Below, one piece after another: positions 10,478-19,685 of a stretch of DNA of 64,000 nt. The stretch is from the NCBI GenBank assembly GCA_039178805.1, contig JBCDFC010000001.1:534-64533 (forward strand), written 5' to 3'. Within the stretch, counting starts at the first letter, position 1. Every line of letters begins with the position of its first letter. This DNA comes from Pseudomonadota bacterium. Lineage in GTDB: Bacteria; Pseudomonadota; Alphaproteobacteria; Rhodobacterales; Rhodobacteraceae. The translations under genes and the position numbers were made by a program. The notes beneath the pieces are model-generated. The model was given only the letters and a program-made list of their open reading frames with translations, searched no databases and was not told the DNA's origin.

Positions 10478-10899
10478 TGCGGTGCCTCCTCCATGCGCAT
10501 CATCGCCTCGCCTTGCAGGATGCTCCGCTCGGCAGCGCTTACGATGAAGCGGTATTTCGCGCCCTGTTCGCCGAAGGCGAGGCGTGTGGCCTCGACCTGG
10601 AGGCGTTCGGGGTCCTCGTGGACGGTCTCTCCCAACACTTCGACCGCAGCTAGCGAGAGCAGCAACCCGGTGTGGTGCCCATCGATAGCCACCAGCGACA
10701 CATGCGCCGCTGCGGCCTGGGCGCCGAGTTCGACGAGGCTCACGGTCATGAGCGCGCCGGAGAGGCGCAACGGGTAGTCCGCGCCCTGGTGGTCCTTGGC
10801 GATGCATTGGATCGTCGTCTCATCGGCTGCCACGATGCGGTCGATCAGGCGCATCGGGCCTTTGTGCGGCATGCGGTCGAGACCGATGGCAAGGTTCAT
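10474..10899 (-). CDS. Hotdog-fold dehydratase (ApeP-like)
   Basis: MPHKGPMRLIDRI...VELGAQAAAAH. Confidence 0.8.
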   Translation of the reverse strand: MNLAIGLDRMPHKGPMRLIDRIVAADETTIQCIAKDHQGADYPLRLSGALMTVSLVELGAQAAAAHVSLVAIDGHHTGLLLSLAAVEVLGETVHEDPERLQVEATRLAFGEQGAKYRFIVSAAERSILQGEAMMRMEEAPQ

Positions 10900-11684
10900 G
10901 GCAACGCCACCTCTACGTTCAAGGCGATGTCGCCATGCAGGCCTAGGACGACGGGACCGTCGCCGTGGCCAAGCAGCCGTTCGAGCAATGGGAGCACCCG
11001 TGCGATGGGATTGCCGCTATCGATAAGGGCACGGGCCGCCGCCGACGAGGCCTCGCTAACCGGTGCCGGCGTCGCCGAAAGCGTCAGCGTGGCGCAAGTT
11101 TCAGGCCCCGCCTCTGGTCGCAGTGCTAACCCCGCTCCGACGGGCAGGCCCATGTGTTGCAGGGCATCGAGCGGATCTGGCAGGGGCACATCGTAGAGGA
11201 TGAGGCCAACCGATCGCCCTTCGAGCGCGACCTGGAGCCCTGCCTTCAAAAGCCCCGCTCCCACGGTGTGGTCGAGCGCTGCGATGCTCGTCGCCGGGGC
11301 CTTGAAGCTCTTGGCGACCGTCCACTGCCCGGACGCCGCATTATGGACCGCGTTTTGGAACCGCAGGGGCTGCACCATCATTTCGGGTGTGCGGAGGGCG
11401 TCGAGGATGACCTTGAGCGTCTCGCCCTCGCCCAAGCTCGAGGCGAAAACCCAAGCGGCATCTTCGGGCAGGGCCGGCGTCAGGCTTTCGGCGATCGCAA
11501 GTGCGAGCCGCGTCTGCGGGCTGAGCCGTTTGGACGCACGAGGCGACAGGAACTGCGGCTGGGCCTGCCAGTCGGCCTCGCCCTGCGTCGGCGGGCCCTC
11601 GAAGAACGCCTCGAGCGCCTCGGCTCCATCCACCATCGGCGCGAGAAACGCGACCGCGTCGACATACACACGGATCGGGGTCAA
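10896..11684 (-). CDS. Ketosynthase chain-length factor (non-catalytic KS partner)
   Basis: KS N-terminal-like fold with FASSLGE and FQNAVHNAASG; lacks the catalytic Cys. Confidence 0.8.
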   Translation of the reverse strand: MTPIRVYVDAVAFLAPMVDGAEALEAFFEGPPTQGEADWQAQPQFLSPRASKRLSPQTRLALAIAESLTPALPEDAAWVFASSLGEGETLKVILDALRTPEMMVQPLRFQNAVHNAASGQWTVAKSFKAPATSIAALDHTVGAGLLKAGLQVALEGRSVGLILYDVPLPDPLDALQHMGLPVGAGLALRPEAGPETCATLTLSATPAPVSEASSAAARALIDSGNPIARVLPLLERLLGHGDGPVVLGLHGDIALNVEVALP

Positions 11685-12877
11685 CGGCCGAGCGCCACCA
11701 CGCAGTTGTTGCCCCCGAAACCGAAGGCATTGCTGAGGACGTATTTCAGTTCGGCCGAACGGCTCTCGGCTTTGACATCCACCGCGATCTCGGGGTCGAG
11801 CCGGTGCAGACCGGTATTGCCGGGGATCACCCCTTCCTCCAGCGCATAAAGGCAGAGAACGATCTCCGCCGCCCCGGCAGCCCCAAGCGTGTGGCCGATG
11901 GCGCCCTTGAGCGACGAGGCCGGGACGTCCGGTCCTAGCACGCTCAGCACAGCCCGTGCCTCGGCCGCATCGTTCGTGCGCGTGGCTGTGCCGTGGAGGT
12001 TCACGTAGCCGATATCCGCTGGGGTCAGCCCCGCTGCATCGAGCGTTGCGCGCATGGCCGCCGCCGCACCTGCACCGTCCTCCGGCGGGGTCGACATGTT
12101 GTGGCCATCGGACGTCTCGCCCGCGCCGACGAAGCGGAAGCCCGTATCCGCATCACGCTCGACGATCATGAGGGCCGCAGCCTCGCCAATGGAGATCCCG
12201 TCCCGTTCCGCATCGCAGGGGCGGCATGGCCGGGGCGAGACGAGCTGCAGCGCCTCGAAGCCATTCAGCGAGGTGAGGCAGAGGCAGTCGACGCCACCGG
12301 TCAGCACCGCATCGCAAACCCCGGCCTCGATAAGTTGGACGGCATCGATCAGCGCCTTTGAGGATGAGGAGCAGGCGGTCGACACGGCGTAGCTCGGACC
12401 TCTGAGGTCAAGCAAATCCTGCAGGAACGCGCCCACCGCCTGATGATTGTCGTTGCGGCGCATCGAGTAGGAGGTTGGGAGCGCTTCGCTCTCCTCCCGC
12501 TCGCGGTAGACTTGCTCGAGTTTCTCGATCCCTGAGGTCGATGTCCCGATCACGACGCCGCAGCGGGCTGGCCCCCAGCGCTCACGCATGCCAGCGACTG
12601 CGCGGTCGAAGCCATCCGCGGCGAGGGCTGCGAGTGTCAGCCGGCTCGCCCGATTGTCGCAATCGGCCAAGGTCTTGGGAAAGGCCAAGCTATCCAGTCC
12701 CGCGACGCTGCCGATGAAGCATTCGAAGGGCAGTCCCGGCATATCGGCAGGGGCGAGGCCGCTGCGCCCAGAGCGGAGTGCCTCGATATGGGGCGATCGT
12801 CCGTGGCCGAGGCAAGACACGATCGTGCTGGCGGTGATCCGGATGCCTCGATCAGCGTTTTCGATGGGCGGGATCAT
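11681..12877 (-). CDS. Beta-ketoacyl-ACP synthase (aryl-polyene KS)
   Basis: Cys-His-His triad: STACSSS, NLHGTAT, GHTLGAAG; SNAFGFGGNN. Confidence 0.93.
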   Translation of the reverse strand: MIPPIENADRGIRITASTIVSCLGHGRSPHIEALRSGRSGLAPADMPGLPFECFIGSVAGLDSLAFPKTLADCDNRASRLTLAALAADGFDRAVAGMRERWGPARCGVVIGTSTSGIEKLEQVYREREESEALPTSYSMRRNDNHQAVGAFLQDLLDLRGPSYAVSTACSSSSKALIDAVQLIEAGVCDAVLTGGVDCLCLTSLNGFEALQLVSPRPCRPCDAERDGISIGEAAALMIVERDADTGFRFVGAGETSDGHNMSTPPEDGAGAAAAMRATLDAAGLTPADIGYVNLHGTATRTNDAAEARAVLSVLGPDVPASSLKGAIGHTLGAAGAAEIVLCLYALEEGVIPGNTGLHRLDPEIAVDVKAESRSAELKYVLSNAFGFGGNNCVVALGR

Positions 12878-15081
12878 GGCAGCGCTCGGTCGGTCTCAGG
12901 CGGCTGGATCAGGTTGAGCGCCAACATGGTCATGACGCCCAGTGACACTGTGAGCCCAATTTGCTGCAGCAGCTCAACAGATGAAAGCGCCATAACGCCG
13001 AAGGCAATCAACGTCGATGCGGCACAGAGTGCGACGGAATGTGCGGCAGGGTGGCCGGTCTCGCCATCGTCCTGGTGCGTGAGGAACAGCCCGTAGTCGA
13101 TCCCGATGCCCGTGACGAGCGTCAACGCGATGATTTGGAACATGTCGATGGGCCCCAAGAGAAGCGTGGAGAGCCCGACCGTCGTGCTGAGCGCGGCGGC
13201 ACATGTGAGCGCGATCCCAGCCGTGCGCCGGAAGTCGCGAAGCGCGAGGGTCAGGAGTGCTATGCTCGCAGCACCGCCAATCGCGAACCAAAGTATGAGC
13301 GTGCGGCGGAGATCCGAGAGGCCCGCTTCGACAGGGGCCGCGCGATCGACGAAACGCGCGCCCGCCTGCTCTGCGATCCGCTTCAGGGCGCCGGCGTCGC
13401 TCACCCCATAAAGCCGCACCGCCTCGCGTAGCGTGCCTTCAGTGGCCTCGATGCCGGCGGACAGTGCTCGCAGCTCGGCATGGGCGTCGAGGGCATCGAG
13501 GCTCATCGGCGGAGCATCAAGGGCCACTCGATATGCTGCGGTCTGGCGTTCCGCAAAGGCGGGCTTCATGCCTGCGCGGTCGAGGGCCGCGACTGCGGCG
13601 GCTTGGAAGGCATCGGGCGCGGGGAGACTGTCGAGGGCCGGCGGGATCGCGAAGACTGTCGCCAGCATCTCGTAGCCCGAAATCACGCCGTCTGCCTTGG
13701 CACCATCCAGCTCGGAGGCGAGAGCGCGCTGCTGTTCCAGGAGACTTGTCAGGCTGCTGCCCTCTACCTCGATGCCGTATCGGCCAGACGGAAGATCGAT
13801 CATCCCGGCGATCCGGTCTATCGCGGCGCTGAGGTGCTCAGGCAGCGGGAAGAGGGTTTGGGGCCGCGCGGCGGGTGCGGTGAGGACGGCCACGACACCG
13901 GCCGCGATCAGGGCGCATTCGAGCACCCTGCGGTGGCGCCATTTGGGGATCAGGCTCTGTGCTGGGATGGACCGAGCCGGGTGCGGATGTTGCACAGCCA
14001 AGAGCTGCGCCGTGATGGCGGCGACGCTGAGCCCGGTGGCGACGAAAACGCCGGTCTGAACCAGGGCCTCAACCCCGGAGCCGATAAGCGCCAGAAACCC
14101 GACCGATGTCGTCAGCGCGCCGATGAGCACAAGCCGCGCGGCTTGTTTCCTAGCCTCGCCCCTCCGCGCCGACAGATGCAGCGGATAGTCGAGGCCGAGC
14201 CCGCAGAGCGCCCCGCCGAACCCGAGCGCGACGGCATGGACGGAGCCGAAGATCGCCTGCACCGCGAGAACGGCGACCGCGACCCCGATGGCGACTGGCA
14301 GCAGCACCGCGCCCACGGCCGGGCCTGAGCGGAGGAGCCAGGCGAGTGTCAGCAGCAGCAGCGCCGAGGCGATACCGCCGCTCCACATCGAACCGCGCGC
14401 CGTGAACTGAGAGACTTCGGCCGAGATGATGCGGGGGCCGAGTAAATCGGCATTGGCGCCTGCGTCGACCGCTGCGCCACGGATCCTATCCGCCAACCCC
14501 GAAATCTCCGCCGCGTCGAAGGGCTGGTCGGCCAGCGTGATGAAGAGGAGCGTCGCATCACGACCCTTCGAGACCCAGAGACCGTTCTCCTGATCCAGCC
14601 GCGCGGCGGTTGTCGAGACTGCGGCGAGGAGGCGTGCGAAGCTCCCGGTCGGGTCGGTCAGGAGCTTGTCGGCCACGGCAAGGCTCTCCGCACCGGCGAG
14701 CATCAGACGCGCTTCCTCAAGTTCCTCAGCCATCGCAGCCGGCTCGAGATCTTCGGGCGCGGGCGGCATGAGCTGGAAGCGATGCTGCCACAGCCAGTCG
14801 AGAAAGCCGCGCGACGGCGCGACCGGGCCCGTCATGACGGCCTCGACCGCGGGCTCCGCGAGTAGCATGGCCGCGACCGCATCAGTCGCCCGCTCGCGCG
14901 GCTCGGGATCGGCGGCTGAGAGCGCCAGGATCGTCAGGCGGTCGGACGGCGTGTCGAGGGCGCCGGTCGTCACCTGGTGCTCACCGAAAAGCGCGGCGAC
15001 ATCGGAGCGAACTTCGACAGTCGCAACAGCGATCCCGACGAGCGCGACAAGCGCCGTGAAAGCCAGGAGCAGTCGTTTCAT
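12874..15081 (-). CDS. MMPL/RND-family exporter of the aryl-polyene cluster
   Basis: Two TM bundles with GLGLDYPLH and GIGIDYGLF; DPTG motif. Confidence 0.85.
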   Translation of the reverse strand: MKRLLLAFTALVALVGIAVATVEVRSDVAALFGEHQVTTGALDTPSDRLTILALSAADPEPRERATDAVAAMLLAEPAVEAVMTGPVAPSRGFLDWLWQHRFQLMPPAPEDLEPAAMAEELEEARLMLAGAESLAVADKLLTDPTGSFARLLAAVSTTAARLDQENGLWVSKGRDATLLFITLADQPFDAAEISGLADRIRGAAVDAGANADLLGPRIISAEVSQFTARGSMWSGGIASALLLLTLAWLLRSGPAVGAVLLPVAIGVAVAVLAVQAIFGSVHAVALGFGGALCGLGLDYPLHLSARRGEARKQAARLVLIGALTTSVGFLALIGSGVEALVQTGVFVATGLSVAAITAQLLAVQHPHPARSIPAQSLIPKWRHRRVLECALIAAGVVAVLTAPAARPQTLFPLPEHLSAAIDRIAGMIDLPSGRYGIEVEGSSLTSLLEQQRALASELDGAKADGVISGYEMLATVFAIPPALDSLPAPDAFQAAAVAALDRAGMKPAFAERQTAAYRVALDAPPMSLDALDAHAELRALSAGIEATEGTLREAVRLYGVSDAGALKRIAEQAGARFVDRAAPVEAGLSDLRRTLILWFAIGGAASIALLTLALRDFRRTAGIALTCAAALSTTVGLSTLLLGPIDMFQIIALTLVTGIGIDYGLFLTHQDDGETGHPAAHSVALCAASTLIAFGVMALSSVELLQQIGLTVSLGVMTMLALNLIQPPETDRALP

Positions 15082-15677
15082 CGCTCGGGCACGAAGGCGA
15101 TCCGCCGCGCTTCCCCGTCCGGTAGATCGAGGGCGATCGCGCGCAGAACCTCGCCGCAGCCGAGGAGGGCAAGCGCGCCCATTGTGTCGGCATCGCTGTT
15201 GGCGGCGCTTACGGTCACGGTCCAGCCTGATGGACTGTTGGACAGGGTCACGATGCGACCGTCATCCTCGCGGCCGCCGGCTCCCTCCACGACCTCTCGC
15301 AGCACCGCGAGGAACAAATCCATGAAGCCGGGAATCGGCACGGAGTTTCGGTATGCATCCTGAGGGCGATCGACAGTGATCAAGCGCTTGCCGATGCTCG
15401 TAACCTCTTCGACCGGCGAGGTTTGATGGCGAATGAGCTGGCCTTGCGGTCCGATATCGAGGAGCCCGCGGGAGACGACCGGACGATCTAGGGCCGGATG
15501 CAGCACCTCTTCGCGATAGGCGATGGGCGGCTCACCGTCTTGCGGCCGCGCGCTGAGGCCCGCGGATGGATTGGTCAGCGGAGGGGCGCTGCAGGTCTTC
15601 TCCGTCGCCCCAGATATCGAAGAAGTTGAACCAGTTATCAGGATGGCGGCGGCACATATCCTCCAGTGCCTTGGCAT
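15078..15677 (-). CDS. LolA-related periplasmic carrier protein
   Basis: YREEVLHPALDRPVVSRGLL...LIRHQTSPVEE pattern; ATG 15677 gives a signal-peptide-like N-terminus (MPRHWRICAAAILITG). Confidence 0.7.
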   Translation of the reverse strand: MPRHWRICAAAILITGSTSSISGATEKTCSAPPLTNPSAGLSARPQDGEPPIAYREEVLHPALDRPVVSRGLLDIGPQGQLIRHQTSPVEEVTSIGKRLITVDRPQDAYRNSVPIPGFMDLFLAVLREVVEGAGGREDDGRIVTLSNSPSGWTVTVSAANSDADTMGALALLGCGEVLRAIALDLPDGEARRIAFVPER

Positions 15678-16512
15678 AGCGATGGCCAAGTGCCTCGATC
15701 GTCGCGTCCCGCTTCCGACGTGCCACCGGCGCGCCGTCATAAAGCTCGATGAACGAAAGATCATACCGGTCCTTTCCAAGACGCGGGGCGAGACAAAGGA
15801 TCAGTGGCACCTGGGCGGCGATGGCAGCGATATAAGGCGAGGTGGGGATATCGATCTGCCCGCGTAGGAAGGGCACGGAGAGCGTCCCACGGAGATCGCG
15901 GCGGGGGAGGCGGTCGCCGAGGAAGGCCACGAACTGACCCCTGTCGAGCGCCTCGAACACTTCCATCATCGCCTGGGGTCCATCCACTAGCGAGATTACG
16001 CGGTCGGCTACCTCGGGGTTCAGCTCGCGCAAGAGCTTTGTGCTGTGTTCGGCATGATCCGGATACATCAGGTATCGCACATTGAGACCTGGGAGCTTCC
16101 GGTCGAAGGCGCGCAGGGCCTCGAAGCTGCCGAAATGGGCGCCGAGAAGAACGCCTCCTTTGCCCTCCCCGACCAGGTCAATGACCGTCTCGCTTCCCTG
16201 CGCGGTGATGGTGAACCCCTCCGTGCCGGTCGCGAGCAGCCGCACACGCTCATGGAACATATGCGCAAAGGTGAGAGCGTGGCGGTGACGCTCGACAAGG
16301 GTTGGTCTGCGCCTGTGCATTCGCGTGAGGTAGTCGATGGATGCGGCGTTCGCTGGCCGACGCGTATTGATCGAGAAGGCGAAGGCCACGAGCCAGAGAA
16401 GCGGGTCGACGACGATCGGAGGCAGTCGGAGTGCGGTCCAGCGCATCAACCGCAGCTGCCAGCCCGCTCCAGCCTCTCGCGCTTCGGCCCAATGTGGCGA
16501 CCCATCAGGCAT
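15532..16512 (-). CDS. LpxL/LPLAT-like acyltransferase (aryl-polyene transfer)
   Basis: GAHFGSFEALR, FLGDR and HPDNWFNFFDIW motifs. Confidence 0.85.
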   Translation of the reverse strand: MPDGSPHWAEAREAGAGWQLRLMRWTALRLPPIVVDPLLWLVAFAFSINTRRPANAASIDYLTRMHRRRPTLVERHRHALTFAHMFHERVRLLATGTEGFTITAQGSETVIDLVGEGKGGVLLGAHFGSFEALRAFDRKLPGLNVRYLMYPDHAEHSTKLLRELNPEVADRVISLVDGPQAMMEVFEALDRGQFVAFLGDRLPRRDLRGTLSVPFLRGQIDIPTSPYIAAIAAQVPLILCLAPRLGKDRYDLSFIELYDGAPVARRKRDATIEALGHRYAKALEDMCRRHPDNWFNFFDIWGDGEDLQRPSADQSIRGPQRAAARR

Positions 16513-16828
16513 CGACGCGCTCTTCGCGGCGCAAGACCGCTTGCGCCCGCGCGATCAGGGTTTCCGTGGCGTGCCAAGAGATCCTGGCGCCTTCCAGGTT
16601 GCCGGTGATCTCAATCGAGAATGGCGTGTCGGGCTTCAGCGGCTGCTGGAACTTCATGCGAGAGATCTTGGCGATGGCGAGGCCCCGTTGGCCCAACGCC
16701 TCTGCTGCCAGGCCCAGAAGGACCGCGCCCGGCACGATCGGCATCCCCTCGAAATGGCCTTCGAGGTACGGAGCGTCCGTTGGGGCGCCTGCCTCGAAGT
16801 CGACGCGAAACTGCGTGAGATCGAGCAT
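16505..16828 (-). CDS. FabZ/ApeI-like dehydratase
   Basis: YLEGHFEGMPIVPGAVLL and MKFQQPLKP. Confidence 0.8.
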   Translation of the reverse strand: MLDLTQFRVDFEAGAPTDAPYLEGHFEGMPIVPGAVLLGLAAEALGQRGLAIAKISRMKFQQPLKPDTPFSIEITGNLEGARISWHATETLIARAQAVLRREERVDA

Positions 16829-16839
16829 GGCGCTGCTGG

Positions 16840-17265
16840 TCACGAGAAGCGCAGGCGCTGCACTTCGGCTTGAATGTCTTGCTCGAGGTTCCGCACCCAC
16901 GAATTGTAGTTGGGATGTATGGTGGCGGCAGCCTCGTTGTATTCAAGGTTGGACGAGTCCTTGTAGAGGATCGAGAACGTCTCATCGTCGAAGAACACGT
17001 CCACAACCGCCGTGTGCTTGCCGCGCACGAGGATCCGTCCCTCGAGATGACCCGTTTCCAGACGTGAGAACGTCCACCCGCGGTTCGATCCAGCGCGAAT
17101 GATCGCGCGCTCGTACTCCGAGAGCGTGGGTTGCTGAGCCGAAGCTCCCGCTTCGGCTTGGTAGGGCAGTGACTCGATCGTAAGGACCGGGGTGGGCTGT
17201 CGGCAGCCAGCGAGGGCAAGCGCGACAACTGCCATCGCCAGGAATGCAGGCTTCGTCTTCGCCAT
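16840..17265 (-). CDS. Lipoprotein of unknown function
   Basis: Lipobox LAGC; C-terminal IHPNYNSWVRNL. Confidence 0.75.
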   Translation of the reverse strand: MAKTKPAFLAMAVVALALAGCRQPTPVLTIESLPYQAEAGASAQQPTLSEYERAIIRAGSNRGWTFSRLETGHLEGRILVRGKHTAVVDVFFDDETFSILYKDSSNLEYNEAAATIHPNYNSWVRNLEQDIQAEVQRLRFS

Positions 17266-17294
17266 CGATCAGTCTCCTCTTTGCAACTTTGAAA

Positions 17295-18068
17295 CTAACG
17301 CAACAATCCGAGCGCGATCAACAGTCCACGGGGGCGGAAGCCGCGCGCTGCGAGTAGGCGGGTGACAAGCGCGAAGATCCGTATGAAGTCCCAGATCGGG
17401 TGAAAATGGCTGGGGCGCAGGACATAGCCTTCCCGCCGCGCCTCGATCGGCACGGTCGCGAAGCGTGTTCCGCTGTCTGCTGCGTAGATGAGGATGGCGG
17501 TCTCGAAGAGAAAACCTTGGCTGTGCTTCTCGGGCACGCGCGCTTTCTCCCAAACCGCGCGGGGATAGAGCCGCATGCCGCATTGGGCGTCGCGAACGCG
17601 CTGCTTGGAGGCCCAGCCGATGAAGAAGTTCCCAAACGCGATACCCCAGGCGCGGTTGAGCGCCATGCCACGGAAGCCTGCGGAGCGATCGCCGAGGATG
17701 AGCGCGCCGGGCGCTCGGGAAGCGGCGTCCCTGAAGGCCTGGATCGATGCGGGATCGTGCTGGCGGTCCGCGTCGAGGGTGATCACGGCGGCCGCCTTCG
17801 CCTCGCCAAAGGCATTGGCCATGCCGTCGAGGAGTGCTGCACCCTTGCCTCCGTTGACGCTTCGCTGGATCAGTGTGGCGGCAGTGCTTGCAACCGCCTC
17901 GGCGGTCCCGTCGCTCGACCCGTCATCGACCACGATGACGCCTTCCACATGGGGCAGCGTCTGTTCGACCACCTCGCGAATGGTCTTAGCCTCGTTATGG
18001 GCCGGGATCAGCGCGAAGAGCGGGTGTGGACCGTTTCCGCGCTGAGGCGCCTCGTCAGCGGACGGCAA
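17295..18068 (-). CDS. Glycosyltransferase family 2 (DPM-synthase-like)
   Basis: IPAHNE, VVDDGSSDGT, NGGKGAAL, LDADRQH and DAQCGMRLYP. Confidence 0.88.
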   Translation of the reverse strand: MPSADEAPQRGNGPHPLFALIPAHNEAKTIREVVEQTLPHVEGVIVVDDGSSDGTAEAVASTAATLIQRSVNGGKGAALLDGMANAFGEAKAAAVITLDADRQHDPASIQAFRDAASRAPGALILGDRSAGFRGMALNRAWGIAFGNFFIGWASKQRVRDAQCGMRLYPRAVWEKARVPEKHSQGFLFETAILIYAADSGTRFATVPIEARREGYVLRPSHFHPIWDFIRIFALVTRLLAARGFRPRGLLIALGLLR

Positions 18069-18786
18069 GATACTCGGAGAAGCAGCCGAGATAGACGCGA
18101 TGTTCGGCCGTTCGGAAGCCTGCCTCCTTCATGATCTCGGCGATCTCGCCGCGATCCGTCATCTGCTCCATCGTGTCCCAGTAGTAGCGCATCAACCTGT
18201 AGGCCTCGCGATCCCGGCTGAAGACCAGCGTGAAGAACGGCAACAGGTGCTTGAAATAGAGGCGGAAGAAGAAGCGGCCGACGGCGTTGTCAGGCATTGT
18301 CACGTCCATGACAAGCGCCTTGCCCCCGCCCTTCAGCACACGCCGAAACTCACGAAAACTGTCCTCGAGATTGTCGACATGGCGGAGGGCGAAACCCATG
18401 GTCAGGAAGTCGAAGCTTTCATCCGCCACAGGCAGCGCCTCGGCGGTCGACTGATGGTGCACGGCCGGCACCGTTTTGCGCGACTCAGCGATCATCCCGG
18501 CCGAGGGTTCGACGCAGACGATTTGGTTCGGGCTCTTCACGATGCTCATCAGTGCGCGCGCAACAGGGCCGGTGCCCGAGGCCACGTCGATGACCCGCAT
18601 ATCCGGTTTCACACCGTTTCGCTGAAGCGCCCAGCGTCTGTAGGTGCCGCCTGAGCCAAACCAGCCCCAACGTGCGATGCCTTCATAATAAGGTGCTGTT
18701 TTATCGAAGATTTCACGCAGGAAATGCTGCTTCTCTTCGGCGGTTGCGTAGTGTTCGCAAACGACAAATGGCTTGCGCTTGTCCAT
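18055..18786 (-). CDS. Class I SAM-dependent methyltransferase (UbiE-like fold)
   Basis: VIDVASGTG, LPVADESFD, MGFALRHV and RVLKGGG. Confidence 0.88.
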   Translation of the reverse strand: MDKRKPFVVCEHYATAEEKQHFLREIFDKTAPYYEGIARWGWFGSGGTYRRWALQRNGVKPDMRVIDVASGTGPVARALMSIVKSPNQIVCVEPSAGMIAESRKTVPAVHHQSTAEALPVADESFDFLTMGFALRHVDNLEDSFREFRRVLKGGGKALVMDVTMPDNAVGRFFFRLYFKHLLPFFTLVFSRDREAYRLMRYYWDTMEQMTDRGEIAEIMKEAGFRTAEHRVYLGCFSEYLAVR

Positions 18787-18920
18787 AATCTTTCCTACTC
18801 GCCCGTCTGCGCGGCGGCCGAAGAGGCCGATGCTGGTAAAGGGACATGCCGCACAGCAGATTGCAACTGCGAAGTCGTTGAGCCGCAGACGTCATCGAGC
18901 CAGGGCACGAGCCGACCGTC

Positions 18921-19682
18921 ATGAGCGACACGCGTGAGGAGAAAGCGAGCGTCGAGAAATCGACGATAGGGGAAGCCTTAGCGTTCCTGCGCACGCGGGT
19001 CTTCGACCTCTATGTTCTCGTGATGAGCCTTGGCGTCGGACTTTCGATCCTCGTCTACTACCGCTGGACCAAACGCCCGCGTGAAGTTCGTGGGTTGCTC
19101 CGTTTCTGGTCGCGAAACTTCATCTACGGCGCCTGGGTGCTGCTGGGCGTGCGCTACCGGCTCGTCGGGCTGAACAACATCCCCGACCAGCCAGTGATCT
19201 TTGCCGGCAATCATCAGTCCTATTTCGAGTCCATCGCGATGACGGTGTTCTTTCCGCACATCAACGTCATCACAAAACGCGCCTCGATGAAGATCCCGGT
19301 TTTTGGGTGGGGATTGGAGCATGCGCCGATGATCCCAGTGGATCGGGACGCGCCGGGACAGAACATCCGGCGGCTGCTTCGCGAAGGCTGCACATCGGTC
19401 AAAAACGGGCGCAGCATTCTGATCTTTCCAGAAGGGGGGCGTGTGCCGGTCTTCGGTCGCCGCCCATTTCAGCGTGGTGTGGAGCGGTTGTATGCGCACG
19501 CTAAGGTCCCCGTGGTGCCGTTCGTGACGAATGCCGGCCGGTTGTGGCCATCTGGGTTCGGCACCAAGCGGCCGGGTACGATCACGATGCATTTTCTCCC
19601 GCCGATCCCGCCCGGCATCGAGCCGGACCGTTTCGCTACGATGCTTGAAGACAAGCTCAACACCGAGAAGGACCGCCTCTAG
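18921..19682 (+). CDS. Lysophospholipid acyltransferase (PlsC-like)
   Basis: NHQSYFE (HxxxxD/E) and IFPEGGR motifs. Confidence 0.88.
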   Translation: MSDTREEKASVEKSTIGEALAFLRTRVFDLYVLVMSLGVGLSILVYYRWTKRPREVRGLLRFWSRNFIYGAWVLLGVRYRLVGLNNIPDQPVIFAGNHQSYFESIAMTVFFPHINVITKRASMKIPVFGWGLEHAPMIPVDRDAPGQNIRRLLREGCTSVKNGRSILIFPEGGRVPVFGRRPFQRGVERLYAHAKVPVVPFVTNAGRLWPSGFGTKRPGTITMHFLPPIPPGIEPDRFATMLEDKLNTEKDRL

Positions 19683-19685
19683 CCG

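Noticed and set aside
18055-18786. Housekeeping ubiE
   Set aside because: It is the first gene of the aryl-polyene operon with no ubi context, so more likely a tailoring methyltransferase.
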